A DNA stretch of 64,000 bases from a virus (lineage: Duplodnaviria > Caudoviricetes). Positions within the stretch are counted from its first letter, which is position 1. Each line of letters begins with the position of its first letter. The DNA is taken from positions 1 through 64,000 of the IMG/VR virus record IMGVR_UViG_3300039076_000082, one strand, 5' to 3'. A model generated the notes under the pieces. That model saw only the letters and a program-made list of their open reading frames with translations, was not told the origin of the DNA and searched no databases. This document shows, piece by piece, positions 27,022 through 35,082 of this stretch. The position numbers and the translations under genes are program-made.

Positions 27022-27358
27022 AAAACTATGTAAAAAGGTAGGAATATGAACAATTTAACGCAAAAACTTACAACTCAAAAAACTGGTCTAGTAGAGTATT
27101 TAAAGCTAAAAGTTCTACAAGAAGATTGGCATGCTGTAGCAGATGCATCTATGGACATTCGTGAAATTGAAGCTAAACTTCAGCTACTAAAACAATTAGA
27201 CGGAGACAGTAAATAATGGCACTTCAAAATATTCCAGACTACTCTATACTATTTGCAGTAGTATTCTGCGGAGGTTTGCTAGTAGGAGCTACAACAACAT
27301 TAATTATTACAAGCTTGTCGGAAGCTAGAGAACGAAAAAGAGATAGAAGGGAGTAGTT

Positions 27359-28387
27359 ATGAAAACAACTACTGAGCTACTCCGCTGGTTCTATAGCAAC
27401 TATCCTCGCTTAGTTGAGGAAATGAGAAACTGCGACCACAACTTATCCTACGATGAGCCCAATAGCTATCATTTAGAAGGCGATGTTTGGTGTCATGTTA
27501 TGATGATTCTGAAACAGATTCAACAAGCTAACTACTTGACTGATTATGATAAGTATATCTATTCAGTTATAGCTCTCTGTCACGATTTAGGGAAGCCTGA
27601 AGCGCGACAAATCAGAGACGGTAAAGTAACATTCTACAACCATGATGCTATTTCAGCATTTAAAGCTATCGAAGTACTAAATCACTTAGCACTTTCCCAA
27701 GAAGAAAAAGAAGTAATCTTTCAAACTATAGCTCACCATACTCAAGTATTCAGATTGACTCGTCAACAATTATTTGACAAGCTACTTGACGCTAAACTTA
27801 GAAATACTATAGAAACTTTTGGAGTATTCGACCATGATGGACGTTTTCATGATAATCAAGAAGTAGAAAAGTCTTATACTTTATGTGAAGATTTGGTAGT
27901 AAAATATAGCTCTCAGAACGCTCCTAAAACTGTTACTGTAATGGTAGGACTTCCTGCTAGTGGTAAATCTACTTATATTGAACAAAACGCTTCAGAAGGC
28001 TCGTTTATCGTATCTAGAGATAGGATTGTAGAAGACTTAGGAGACGGTATTACTTACTCTGAGAAGTGGTATAGTGCTAATCAAAAAGAAGTAGATGAAG
28101 TGCTTCAAGAAGTATTCAAGCAAGCCAAAAAAGAAAACGAAGTATTTGTCGATATGACCCATTTGAGTACTAAGTCTAGACGTAGAACTTTGTCGCATTT
28201 CGGTAAAGAGTGGAAGAAGAAGTGTGTGGTAGTACTACCAAGTTTGACCCAACTAACTAACAATAGCGAATATCGTAAAAATACTACTGGTAAATTTGTA
28301 TCGGATAGTGTAGTATTAGAAATGATGAGTAGGTTTAGCAGTCCTACTTATAGCGAAGGGTTCGATGAGATTGAGTGGAGATTTTAA
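27359..28387 (+). CDS. HD-Pnk end-healing enzyme (HD phosphoesterase + P-loop polynucleotide kinase)
   Basis: YHLEGDVWCH...CHDLGKP...FYNH; VMVGLPASGKST...SRD...VDMTH. Confidence 0.9.
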   Translation: MKTTTELLRWFYSNYPRLVEEMRNCDHNLSYDEPNSYHLEGDVWCHVMMILKQIQQANYLTDYDKYIYSVIALCHDLGKPEARQIRDGKVTFYNHDAISAFKAIEVLNHLALSQEEKEVIFQTIAHHTQVFRLTRQQLFDKLLDAKLRNTIETFGVFDHDGRFHDNQEVEKSYTLCEDLVVKYSSQNAPKTVTVMVGLPASGKSTYIEQNASEGSFIVSRDRIVEDLGDGITYSEKWYSANQKEVDEVLQEVFKQAKKENEVFVDMTHLSTKSRRRTLSHFGKEWKKKCVVVLPSLTQLTNNSEYRKNTTGKFVSDSVVLEMMSRFSSPTYSEGFDEIEWRF

Positions 28388-28419
28388 TATGGAAAAAAGT
28401 AAAACAAATAGTGGATTTA

Positions 28420-29031
28420 ATGCGTAGAATTGATCTAGTAGGGAAAAGAAAAGATAAGTTGGTGGTTATGTCTTTTTTAGAAAAGAGAGGAAAACATTTA
28501 TATTGGAAAGCGTTATGTGATTGTGGTAAGGAAAACAAAATATCTAGTACAAATTTTCTTCAAAAAGAAACTGCTTCGTGCGGTTGTACCAGAAATAAAA
28601 AAGCTAGCGATAGGTGGAAAGGTCAAAAAAGAAAAAATACACTACCTGAAGGAGAAGGATCATTATCTTGTTTAATAAATCAATATAAACAAGGGGCTAA
28701 ATTAAAAAATGTTCCTTTCTCTTTGAGTAGAGATGAATTTAGACAATTGACAAAAAGTAACTGTTACTACTGCGGAAGAAAACCGGAAAATATCATAAAA
28801 GGTAAAAGAAGTAATGGTGAATATGTCTATAATGGAATTGATCGCATAAATTCAGATTTAGGTTATTCATATTCTAATTGTGTTACATGTTGCGTTAAGT
28901 GTAATACATCAAAAATGGATTATTCTTTTTCAGAATTTATCAATTGGGCTGAAAAATTAGCAAATAATTTATTGAAAATGGGAGATATCCAATTAGATGA
29001 AGAAGTTTATTTAAAACTGGAAAAATTATAA
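28420..29031 (+). CDS. HNH homing-type endonuclease
   Basis: MRRIDLVGKR..LVV..W...CDCG; CYYCG...NGIDRINS..GYS.SNCVTCC..CN; ATG 28420 preferred over track GTG 28375. Confidence 0.88.
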   Translation: MRRIDLVGKRKDKLVVMSFLEKRGKHLYWKALCDCGKENKISSTNFLQKETASCGCTRNKKASDRWKGQKRKNTLPEGEGSLSCLINQYKQGAKLKNVPFSLSRDEFRQLTKSNCYYCGRKPENIIKGKRSNGEYVYNGIDRINSDLGYSYSNCVTCCVKCNTSKMDYSFSEFINWAEKLANNLLKMGDIQLDEEVYLKLEKL

Positions 29032-29039
29032 AAAGTATA

Positions 29040-29068
29040 TTGACAGAATAATATAAATAAAGTATTAT
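29040..29068 (+). promoter_or_regulatory. Strong sigma70-type promoter for the ncRNA-tRNA-ligase transcript
   Basis: TTGACA-17-TATTAT. Confidence 0.8.
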
Positions 29069-29074
29069 CAATTT

Positions 29075-29165
29075 GTCTAGGTAAGAATATGATTTAGATC
29101 GGATTCGAGCCAAAAGAGAAGTTAGAGTATTGAATCATTCTCGTAAACAATACTTCCACCTAGAC
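29075..29165 (+). ncRNA. Putative ~90-nt structured RNA
   Basis: Begins at the predicted TSS; GTCTAGGT/ACCTAGAC terminal stem, AGTATTG/CAATACT hairpin, GG-ATTCGAG-CC mini hairpin. Confidence 0.5.
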
Positions 29166-29175
29166 ATTTTATATA

Positions 29176-29250
29176 TCCGAGTTCGTTTATGTAGTAAGAC
29201 GGGAGATTGTGATTCTCCTCAAAAGGGTGCAAATCCCTTACTTGGAACCA
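29176..29250 (+). tRNA. tRNA, anticodon GUG (His), atypical acceptor end
   Basis: TCCGAGT/ACTTGGA acceptor, GTTT/AGAC D stem, GGAGA-TTGTGAT-TCTCC, AAGGG-TGCAAAT-CCCTT, encoded CCA. Confidence 0.85.
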
Positions 29251-29262
29251 TTAAGGAGCATT

Positions 29263-30429
29263 ATGTCATTTAAAACTTGTTTCACTAAAATCTTAGCAGT
29301 TAATCCTCATCCGGATACTGAGACTACAGGATTAGATATCGCAACAGTTTACGGATTTAACATTGTTGTGAAACGCGGATCAATGAAAGTTGGAGATATC
29401 GTTTACTATATCCCTATTGACTCAGTATTACCTCAAGATTTAGAAGAACTTATTTTTCCACCGACAGGGAAAGTAAAGTTATCAAATTCAAGAGTACGTC
29501 AAATTAGACTTCGTAAATTCCCATCGGAAGGTCTGTTAGTGGAAGCCGATACTATCCACTCCTTCATGGTAGCACAAAGAGCTTTACGCCCACAAATTAC
29601 TTCTAATGCGATGTTAGAGCAAGATACTAGCCATATTTTAGGTATTAAAAAATTTGAACCACCTGCTCCAAAAGAAACTATTTCAGGTAAACCTATTACT
29701 TCTAAAAAAAGATTAGCTGAACACCCTCAATTTCATAAGTATAATGGGTTAGATGCACTAAAATGGGGTAATCCTTTTACCGAAGACGAACAAGTATCTA
29801 TTCAACTCAAAATGCACGGAACAAATGCTAGATTTGGTAAATTAGCAACAAAACCCAAAAACCTATTTCAGCGTATTTTGAACCTACTTAAATTATTACC
29901 AGAGTATGAGACTAGATACGGTAGCAACAATGTGGATATTACTCTTAAAAACGGCGCTAGTGGGTTCTACGACACTGACGTATATGGTACGGCTTTTAAA
30001 GCTTGTAATGCTGATACTAAAGTAAAAGAGAATGAGATGATATTTGGAGAAATTGTAGGTGAAGGTATTCAGAAGAATTACCACTATGGACACAAGACTC
30101 CACATTTTGTATTATTTGATGTCAAAGTATTTACTGATAAAAACGATTTAAAAGGTCGTTGGTTAACTCCTTCAGAAGTAGAAATTTATGCTAAAGAAAG
30201 AGGATTTGAGATGGTTCCTGTGCTATATAAAGGCTTTTATGACAAAGCTACTATGGAATCATTGATCTCAGGAGTAGATCCTTATTACCCTCCACATAAA
30301 ATTAGAGAAGGTATTGTTATTAAATCTGAGAGTAACTATAATGATCCAATGAGTAGTGCTGGTAAGAAAGCTAGAAAGGTTATTTCACCAGAATACTTGG
30401 ATGATAAGTCAAATACCGATTTACACTAA
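29263..30429 (+). CDS. RNA ligase, DRB0094/Rnl5 family
   Basis: N-terminal OB module (HPD...VGD..YYIPIDSVLP), KMHGTN (motif I), FGEIVG, FVLFDV, REGIVIK; AAGGAG SD before ATG 29263. Confidence 0.92.
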   Translation: MSFKTCFTKILAVNPHPDTETTGLDIATVYGFNIVVKRGSMKVGDIVYYIPIDSVLPQDLEELIFPPTGKVKLSNSRVRQIRLRKFPSEGLLVEADTIHSFMVAQRALRPQITSNAMLEQDTSHILGIKKFEPPAPKETISGKPITSKKRLAEHPQFHKYNGLDALKWGNPFTEDEQVSIQLKMHGTNARFGKLATKPKNLFQRILNLLKLLPEYETRYGSNNVDITLKNGASGFYDTDVYGTAFKACNADTKVKENEMIFGEIVGEGIQKNYHYGHKTPHFVLFDVKVFTDKNDLKGRWLTPSEVEIYAKERGFEMVPVLYKGFYDKATMESLISGVDPYYPPHKIREGIVIKSESNYNDPMSSAGKKARKVISPEYLDDKSNTDLH

Positions 30430-30439
30430 AGGATCAACC

Positions 30440-30613
30440 ATGAGTGAAATTATTTTCCTAACAATTTTCCTATTAGTTCAACTATTTGCTATATTTATCG
30501 CTTTTACTTTCAGTAAAGTTATAGCAGGACTATTGACTTTAGTTTGTTTACCGTTTATAGTAGTTTACTTAGGAGTTATCCTAGATAGGGGAAATAATAA
30601 TGAAAACCGTTGA
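30440..30613 (+). CDS. Small membrane protein (2 TM)
   Basis: ATG 30440; hydrophobic. Confidence 0.55.
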   Translation: MSEIIFLTIFLLVQLFAIFIAFTFSKVIAGLLTLVCLPFIVVYLGVILDRGNNNENR

Positions 30614-30788
30614 CCAATACATAGAAATGTTACAATACTGCTTACCTTACGATAACAACGATATAGTAAAAGCTATTGAGTTCGGTAGACAATTAGCTCT
30701 ACTTGAGGTAAAGTCTAAGTTGACAGGAATGGTTGTAAACGGTACAGTTAAAGGTGTAGTTACTGAGGAGCAGTTGGAGAAGTTATGA
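30600..30788 (+). CDS. Hypothetical protein
   Basis: 62 aa. Confidence 0.5.
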   Translation: MKTVDQYIEMLQYCLPYDNNDIVKAIEFGRQLALLEVKSKLTGMVVNGTVKGVVTEEQLEKL

Positions 30789-30994
30789 TTTTACAAGATG
30801 AAGAACAGTGTTTAGACTTTTATATTAGAGAATTTGATAGAAGTAATTTCACTCACGTTAACGATACCAGTATTGGAGAAAGTGTATCTTATGTTATGTG
30901 CGAAGATATTTGTAATCTACTGAAAAAACTTAAAAATTCTAAACAAAAGATAAAAGAACTCGAAGAAGACTTATATTATTCTTATTACTTTTAG
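30785..30994 (+). CDS. Hypothetical protein
   Basis: 69 aa, ATGA overlap. Confidence 0.5.
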   Translation: MILQDEEQCLDFYIREFDRSNFTHVNDTSIGESVSYVMCEDICNLLKKLKNSKQKIKELEEDLYYSYYF

Positions 30995-30997
30995 TAT

Positions 30998-31288
30998 ATG
31001 AGCCTTAAATCTCCTTCCAAATACTACTCACTATCCTATCTCCTCCTAATCAAACAGAACAATTACTATCTCAACTACGACTTTCAGCCAGAAGAAGTAG
31101 ATGCACTTATTTGGCAGAAGCAACAAAAGCTGTTACCTAAGCCTCAAATAAATATAGAAGATATTACTTCAAAGCTTTGTACTAGCTGTAAGAAAGTGAA
31201 AGATTTAGTGGAGTTTGATAGGGACTCGTCGAAACTTTTGTTGAGACGATCACATTGTAAGAAATGTAGAAAAAGAGTTCCTTTTTAA
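30998..31288 (+). CDS. Hypothetical protein with endonuclease-associated Zn finger (CxxC..K...EF...CxxC)
   Basis: KLCTSCKKVKDLVEF...SHCKKC. Confidence 0.55.
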   Translation: MSLKSPSKYYSLSYLLLIKQNNYYLNYDFQPEEVDALIWQKQQKLLPKPQINIEDITSKLCTSCKKVKDLVEFDRDSSKLLLRRSHCKKCRKRVPF

Positions 31289-31300
31289 TTGGGAGAATTT

Positions 31301-31921
31301 ATGAAAAATATTAGCAATACTTTTGTTACTTCAGATTTACATTTCGGACATAAAGCGGTTATTGAATACTGTAATCGACCATTTAAAAGCCTAGAGGAAA
31401 TGGACGAAACTTTAATTAAAAACTGGAACAAGGTTGTTAAACCTATAGACAAAGTTTATGTATTGGGCGATTTCTTCATGTATCACAAAAAACCTAAGCT
31501 GAGAGAGATTATGTCTCGTTTAAACGGCACTAAGATTTTAGTACTAGGGAACCACGACATGAGCGATAGAGAGATGGAATCTATAGGATTCTCTTTTGTT
31601 TGTAGAAGTGCAACTATAAATTTAGCTAATGAATTAGTAAATTTGTCACATTTCCCATATAAAAGAAGTAAGTTATACTACCTATTTTGGGATACGCTAC
31701 ATAAACTATTTCCTAAACGATTTTTTAGACCGAGAAGATTTCATTATATGTTAGAGGATGATGGTAAGTACCTTCTACATGGGCACACGCATGGGAAAGA
31801 TAAAGTTACTGCTGGTAAAATGATTCATGTTGGTGTAGACGCTTGGAATTATACTCCTGTACCTTTACAAAAGATTGCGGATATTATCGGTAAGTTGAAA
31901 AAAGGTGAAATAATTAGTTGA
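31301..31921 (+). CDS. Calcineurin-like metallophosphoesterase
   Basis: SDLHFGH, LGDF, GNHD, SHFP, HGHTH. Confidence 0.92.
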   Translation: MKNISNTFVTSDLHFGHKAVIEYCNRPFKSLEEMDETLIKNWNKVVKPIDKVYVLGDFFMYHKKPKLREIMSRLNGTKILVLGNHDMSDREMESIGFSFVCRSATINLANELVNLSHFPYKRSKLYYLFWDTLHKLFPKRFFRPRRFHYMLEDDGKYLLHGHTHGKDKVTAGKMIHVGVDAWNYTPVPLQKIADIIGKLKKGEIIS

Positions 31922-31946
31922 CAATACTTTTTAGCTATTGTAAACT
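31918..31946 (+). promoter_or_regulatory. sigma70-type promoter for the ncRNA pair
   Basis: TTGACA-17-TAAACT. Confidence 0.75.
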
Positions 31947-31951
31947 ATATT

Positions 31952-32147
31952 TGAGCTAGCGATGTGGTAAGCTGAGAAAGTTGTTACAAGAGGTTCGATT
32001 CCTCGGGTACTAGATGGGTTCATAACAACAAGTAACTGGAGACACTTCCTTTGCCGGCACGACAAGAGTTCCTGCGAGTACCTTCAACAATCGTGTACTG
32101 GTTGGTACTTTAAATAGAAAAGTCAGAGTAGCGCCTGACCTAGCTCA
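31952..32147 (+). ncRNA. Putative ~196-nt structured RNA with tRNA T-arm
   Basis: TGAGCTAG/CTAGCTCA closure starting at the predicted TSS; GAGG-TTCGATT-CCTC; GTTGTTA/TAACAAC; GTCAG/CTGAC; GC-richer than flanks; no ORF. Confidence 0.7.
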
Positions 32148-32149
32148 TT

Positions 32150-32330
32150 ATTTAAAGGTTCTACTGTAAAATTTGATGATTAATAATTGGAGCTTTTCAT
32201 ATTGATGTTCAAGCTGGAAAGTAGCGCCTCTGACAATGCTGACTCAATATAATACTAGTCGAAAAGTAGGTGCGGTTCGCTTTATACCGCTTAATGAAAT
32301 GGATGATCAGCGTACCATTAGCCTTTAAAT
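32150..32330 (+). ncRNA. Putative ~180-nt structured RNA
   Basis: ATTTAAAGGTT/AGCCTTTAAAT closure; GCGGT/ACCGC, AATGG/CCATT, AGCTT/AAGCT hairpins. Confidence 0.6.
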
Positions 32331-32475
32331 CCTTTATTCGGAGATAATTATGATTACTTTAATTTTTGTGCTAATATACTACTATATACTCTTCAATAGT
32401 TCAACTACTGAAACAGATTTATATAAACAATATGACTATATCGGTATTTGTAAATCAAATCCTTGGGACTAACAA

Positions 32476-32940
32476 ATGACTAAACTTATACTAATACTAC
32501 TACTAACATTAGCACCACTATCTTACGCTAGTGCTCCTATTAACTATGCTTCAGGTATTGATCCTGCTTCTTTTGAAAAGCTCCATCCTAAACTTAAAGA
32601 TATTGCTTATTTTGTAGCATCATTTTGTCAACAGAACGGTATTAAGTTTGTAATTACTTCTACCATTAGAACAAAAGAAAGGAATCGTTTAGTTGGTGGA
32701 AAGAGCGAAACCCACACCTCCGGACGTGCGTTCGATTTCTCATTAAGAGAAGAATATGGTTGGACTGATGATAGGATCATGCTACTAGTTTATCAAATTG
32801 AGAGAAACTATAAAGAGTTTGGAGCTTACTCATTAAACGGAGGTAAGCAAGTAGTAATCTTTAATCATAGTGCAGAATCTGGTAAGGGGGGATTGTACCA
32901 TTCTCATATTCAAGTAAGAAGAGATTTACCGTGGAATTGA
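32476..32940 (+). CDS. Peptidase M15-family endolysin with N-terminal signal peptide
   Basis: ITSTIRT, SxHxxGxAxD (SETHTSGRAFD), HSHIQ; MTKLILILLLTLAPLSYA-S. Confidence 0.85.
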   Translation: MTKLILILLLTLAPLSYASAPINYASGIDPASFEKLHPKLKDIAYFVASFCQQNGIKFVITSTIRTKERNRLVGGKSETHTSGRAFDFSLREEYGWTDDRIMLLVYQIERNYKEFGAYSLNGGKQVVIFNHSAESGKGGLYHSHIQVRRDLPWN

Positions 32941-32943
32941 TTA

Positions 32944-33855
32944 ATGAAGAATAAATACCAAGATAGAATAGGATCTATTATTAGAGGTTGTCTAGTATTA
33001 GAATGTTTTAAAAAAGACAATATACAAAATCCTTATTTTAAAGTAAAATGCAAATGTGGTAATATTTTTACAATAGCTAGTACTACTTTATGTAATAAAG
33101 CTTATTCAAATAAAGATTCTAATTGTGGGTGTATTGTTAGAGTAACGTCTAATGGTAAAAAAGATGGTAGGATAATTCCTGAGAATAATATAGGTAAAAC
33201 AATTAGACAATGTAAAATATTAAGCTATATTCCTAATTTACAAAAACCAAAAGATAAAAGTTCAGGTAAATATGAGTGCGTTTGTACTTGTGGAAATACT
33301 TTTATTATCTCTCATAGTCATTTATTTAAAAAGCAATTAAAGAACATTAGAGCTAATTGCGGATGCTTCAGAGAAGAGCCGAAAGAATACAAAAGAGAGT
33401 ACGATTCTGCAACATATCATAGACTTTATCAACATAAAAAATATACTACCATTCGTAGAAATTTAGAATTTTCTTTATCTGAAGAACAATTCATTAATAT
33501 ATCAAAAAAGCCGTGCATATATTGTGAAAAAGTGACATTAAGGAACTCTTATATAAAAGTAGAGGATACCTTTGGTTCCAATAAAGGAAAAACTGGAGAA
33601 TTAATTCTTAGTAATATAAAGGGAGATAGATTAAAGAATGTAGATAAGTATACTGTACCATGTTCAGGTATAGATAGAATAGATAATAGTAAAGGGTATA
33701 TAGTAGATAATTGTGTACCATGTTGCACTTATTGTAACACCATAAAAGGTACTAGAACTGTTGAAGAGTTTTACAAAAGAGTAGAAGATCTTGCACCAAC
33801 TCATGAACAGTGTGCTAAAATCTTATCAGTCAAAAGAAAACGTGAGAAAAAATAA
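32944..33855 (+). CDS. HNH homing-type endonuclease with duplicated CxCG N-terminal modules
   Basis: CKCGN / CTCGN; CIYC...GIDRIDNSKGY..DNCVPCC..CN..K. Confidence 0.88.
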   Translation: MKNKYQDRIGSIIRGCLVLECFKKDNIQNPYFKVKCKCGNIFTIASTTLCNKAYSNKDSNCGCIVRVTSNGKKDGRIIPENNIGKTIRQCKILSYIPNLQKPKDKSSGKYECVCTCGNTFIISHSHLFKKQLKNIRANCGCFREEPKEYKREYDSATYHRLYQHKKYTTIRRNLEFSLSEEQFINISKKPCIYCEKVTLRNSYIKVEDTFGSNKGKTGELILSNIKGDRLKNVDKYTVPCSGIDRIDNSKGYIVDNCVPCCTYCNTIKGTRTVEEFYKRVEDLAPTHEQCAKILSVKRKREKK

Positions 33856-34250
33856 TGGAATATAGAGCTACTACCGAAGACATTACAATCCTCGTTTCTA
33901 CTCGTTACAATCACGAAAAGTCCAGTAACGAATCTACTTACTACAACTACTCAGTTATCTTCCTAAACAATACCATCTTCGATTGGGAAATAGTTGGTAG
34001 GAGCTTAACAGTACGTCCTAATACAATGGACAATCAATCTAAAGATATCACTATAAACAGTCTCAGTCAGTCAATTAAAGGTGCTATTCTACCTTACGAA
34101 GGTGAGTACGTCTACGATACATTCTCCGCTAATAACGGACCAGTAAGCGTTCGTGGCTACTACGTTTTAAGAAATACTACAACTAACCAGCTACTTGAGG
34201 TAAAGTTCCCATTAACATTCTTTCCGAAGGTAGACTATGACCTTTTCTGA
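33855..34250 (+). CDS. ApaG-like domain protein (divergent)
   Basis: YRATT..I.I.V...Y..E.S......Y.Y.V...N......I.GR...YxY...RGYY...EVKFP follows the ApaG pattern. Confidence 0.65.
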   Translation: MEYRATTEDITILVSTRYNHEKSSNESTYYNYSVIFLNNTIFDWEIVGRSLTVRPNTMDNQSKDITINSLSQSIKGAILPYEGEYVYDTFSANNGPVSVRGYYVLRNTTTNQLLEVKFPLTFFPKVDYDLF

Positions 34251-34425
34251 AGTACTATTCCTAATCCCATTACTGATTCTGTGGATGAGTTTAATAGCTA
34301 TAACTACTGCCAATATGATTAAATTCACGTTTATTGCTGTCAAAGAACGTGATTATAATTTCTTAGCTCAAGCTTTTCTCTTGACAATTATCCCGATACT
34401 GTTAGTATTCTTGTTAGATACCTAG
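34237..34425 (+). CDS. Small membrane protein (2 TM)
   Basis: Hydrophobic. Confidence 0.6.
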   Translation: MTFSEVLFLIPLLILWMSLIAITTANMIKFTFIAVKERDYNFLAQAFLLTIIPILLVFLLDT

Positions 34426-34435
34426 GAGGTTCTAC

Positions 34436-34816
34436 TTGGGAAGAAATAAGGACATATACTCGGAACCCAAAAGCGGAGAAGTAAAATCTCTCAAAAAGAG
34501 AATAGCTAAGTTAGAAAATGAAAATAGGCGATTAAAAAGCGAACTTAAAACTTTTGAAGCTATGTTTCGTCGTACTGTAATATACTTGAAAAAAGATACC
34601 GAAGAGCTTAGTATTGAGCAGATTATCAAAGGTGTGGATGACGATAAGACGCTGTTCCAGATTAAAGAAGACAATAAAGGTAAATGGGCTTGTCATAAAT
34701 GCGAAGATGGAGAATTACGCTTAATTATTGTACCTCAAGGACGTTACTTTAGAAAATGTAATAAGTGCGAGAATAGAACAGATACAAAGACTTATCACGA
34801 TAAAGTGGAGAAATAG
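34436..34816 (+). CDS. Coiled-coil + C-terminal Zn-ribbon protein
   Basis: GGAGG SD + TTG; CHKC...CNKC. Confidence 0.7.
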   Translation: MGRNKDIYSEPKSGEVKSLKKRIAKLENENRRLKSELKTFEAMFRRTVIYLKKDTEELSIEQIIKGVDDDKTLFQIKEDNKGKWACHKCEDGELRLIIVPQGRYFRKCNKCENRTDTKTYHDKVEK

Positions 34817-34818
34817 TT

Positions 34819-35082
34819 ATGAAATGGGTAAAATGGTTAATTGATTGGTGGATAGATTTTGATCCTGTATATTATGAACCTTTAGTAAAGGTTACAGATC
34901 GTTACTGTAAAGGTTCTCAACATGAGTTTCCTCGTTATGTGACTTACAATAGTGTTATAGGAGCTAAAGATACCGATTTTTGTCAGTGTCGTAAATATCG
35001 TGCTAAAGAGTATTTCGATTTACAGATTTCAGAAATGAGAGAATTGTTATACGGTAAAAATGAACATACAACTAAAATGTAA
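34819..35082 (+). CDS. Hypothetical protein
   Basis: 87 aa. Confidence 0.6.
   Translation: MKWVKWLIDWWIDFDPVYYEPLVKVTDRYCKGSQHEFPRYVTYNSVIGAKDTDFCQCRKYRAKEYFDLQISEMRELLYGKNEHTTKM

Noticed and set aside
29209-29262. GTG start for the RNA ligase given by the track
   Set aside because: That GTG is the tRNA anticodon; the real start is ATG 29263 after AAGGAG
31952-32330. RNase P RNA, TIGR/CRISPR array or intact tRNA interpretation
   Set aside because: GAAAGT and CAG-GTAGCGC-CTG resemble RNase P CR-I/P8, but order and P4 partner do not fit; no periodic repeats or Nop/Cas gene; no anticodon arm or CCA in tRNA order
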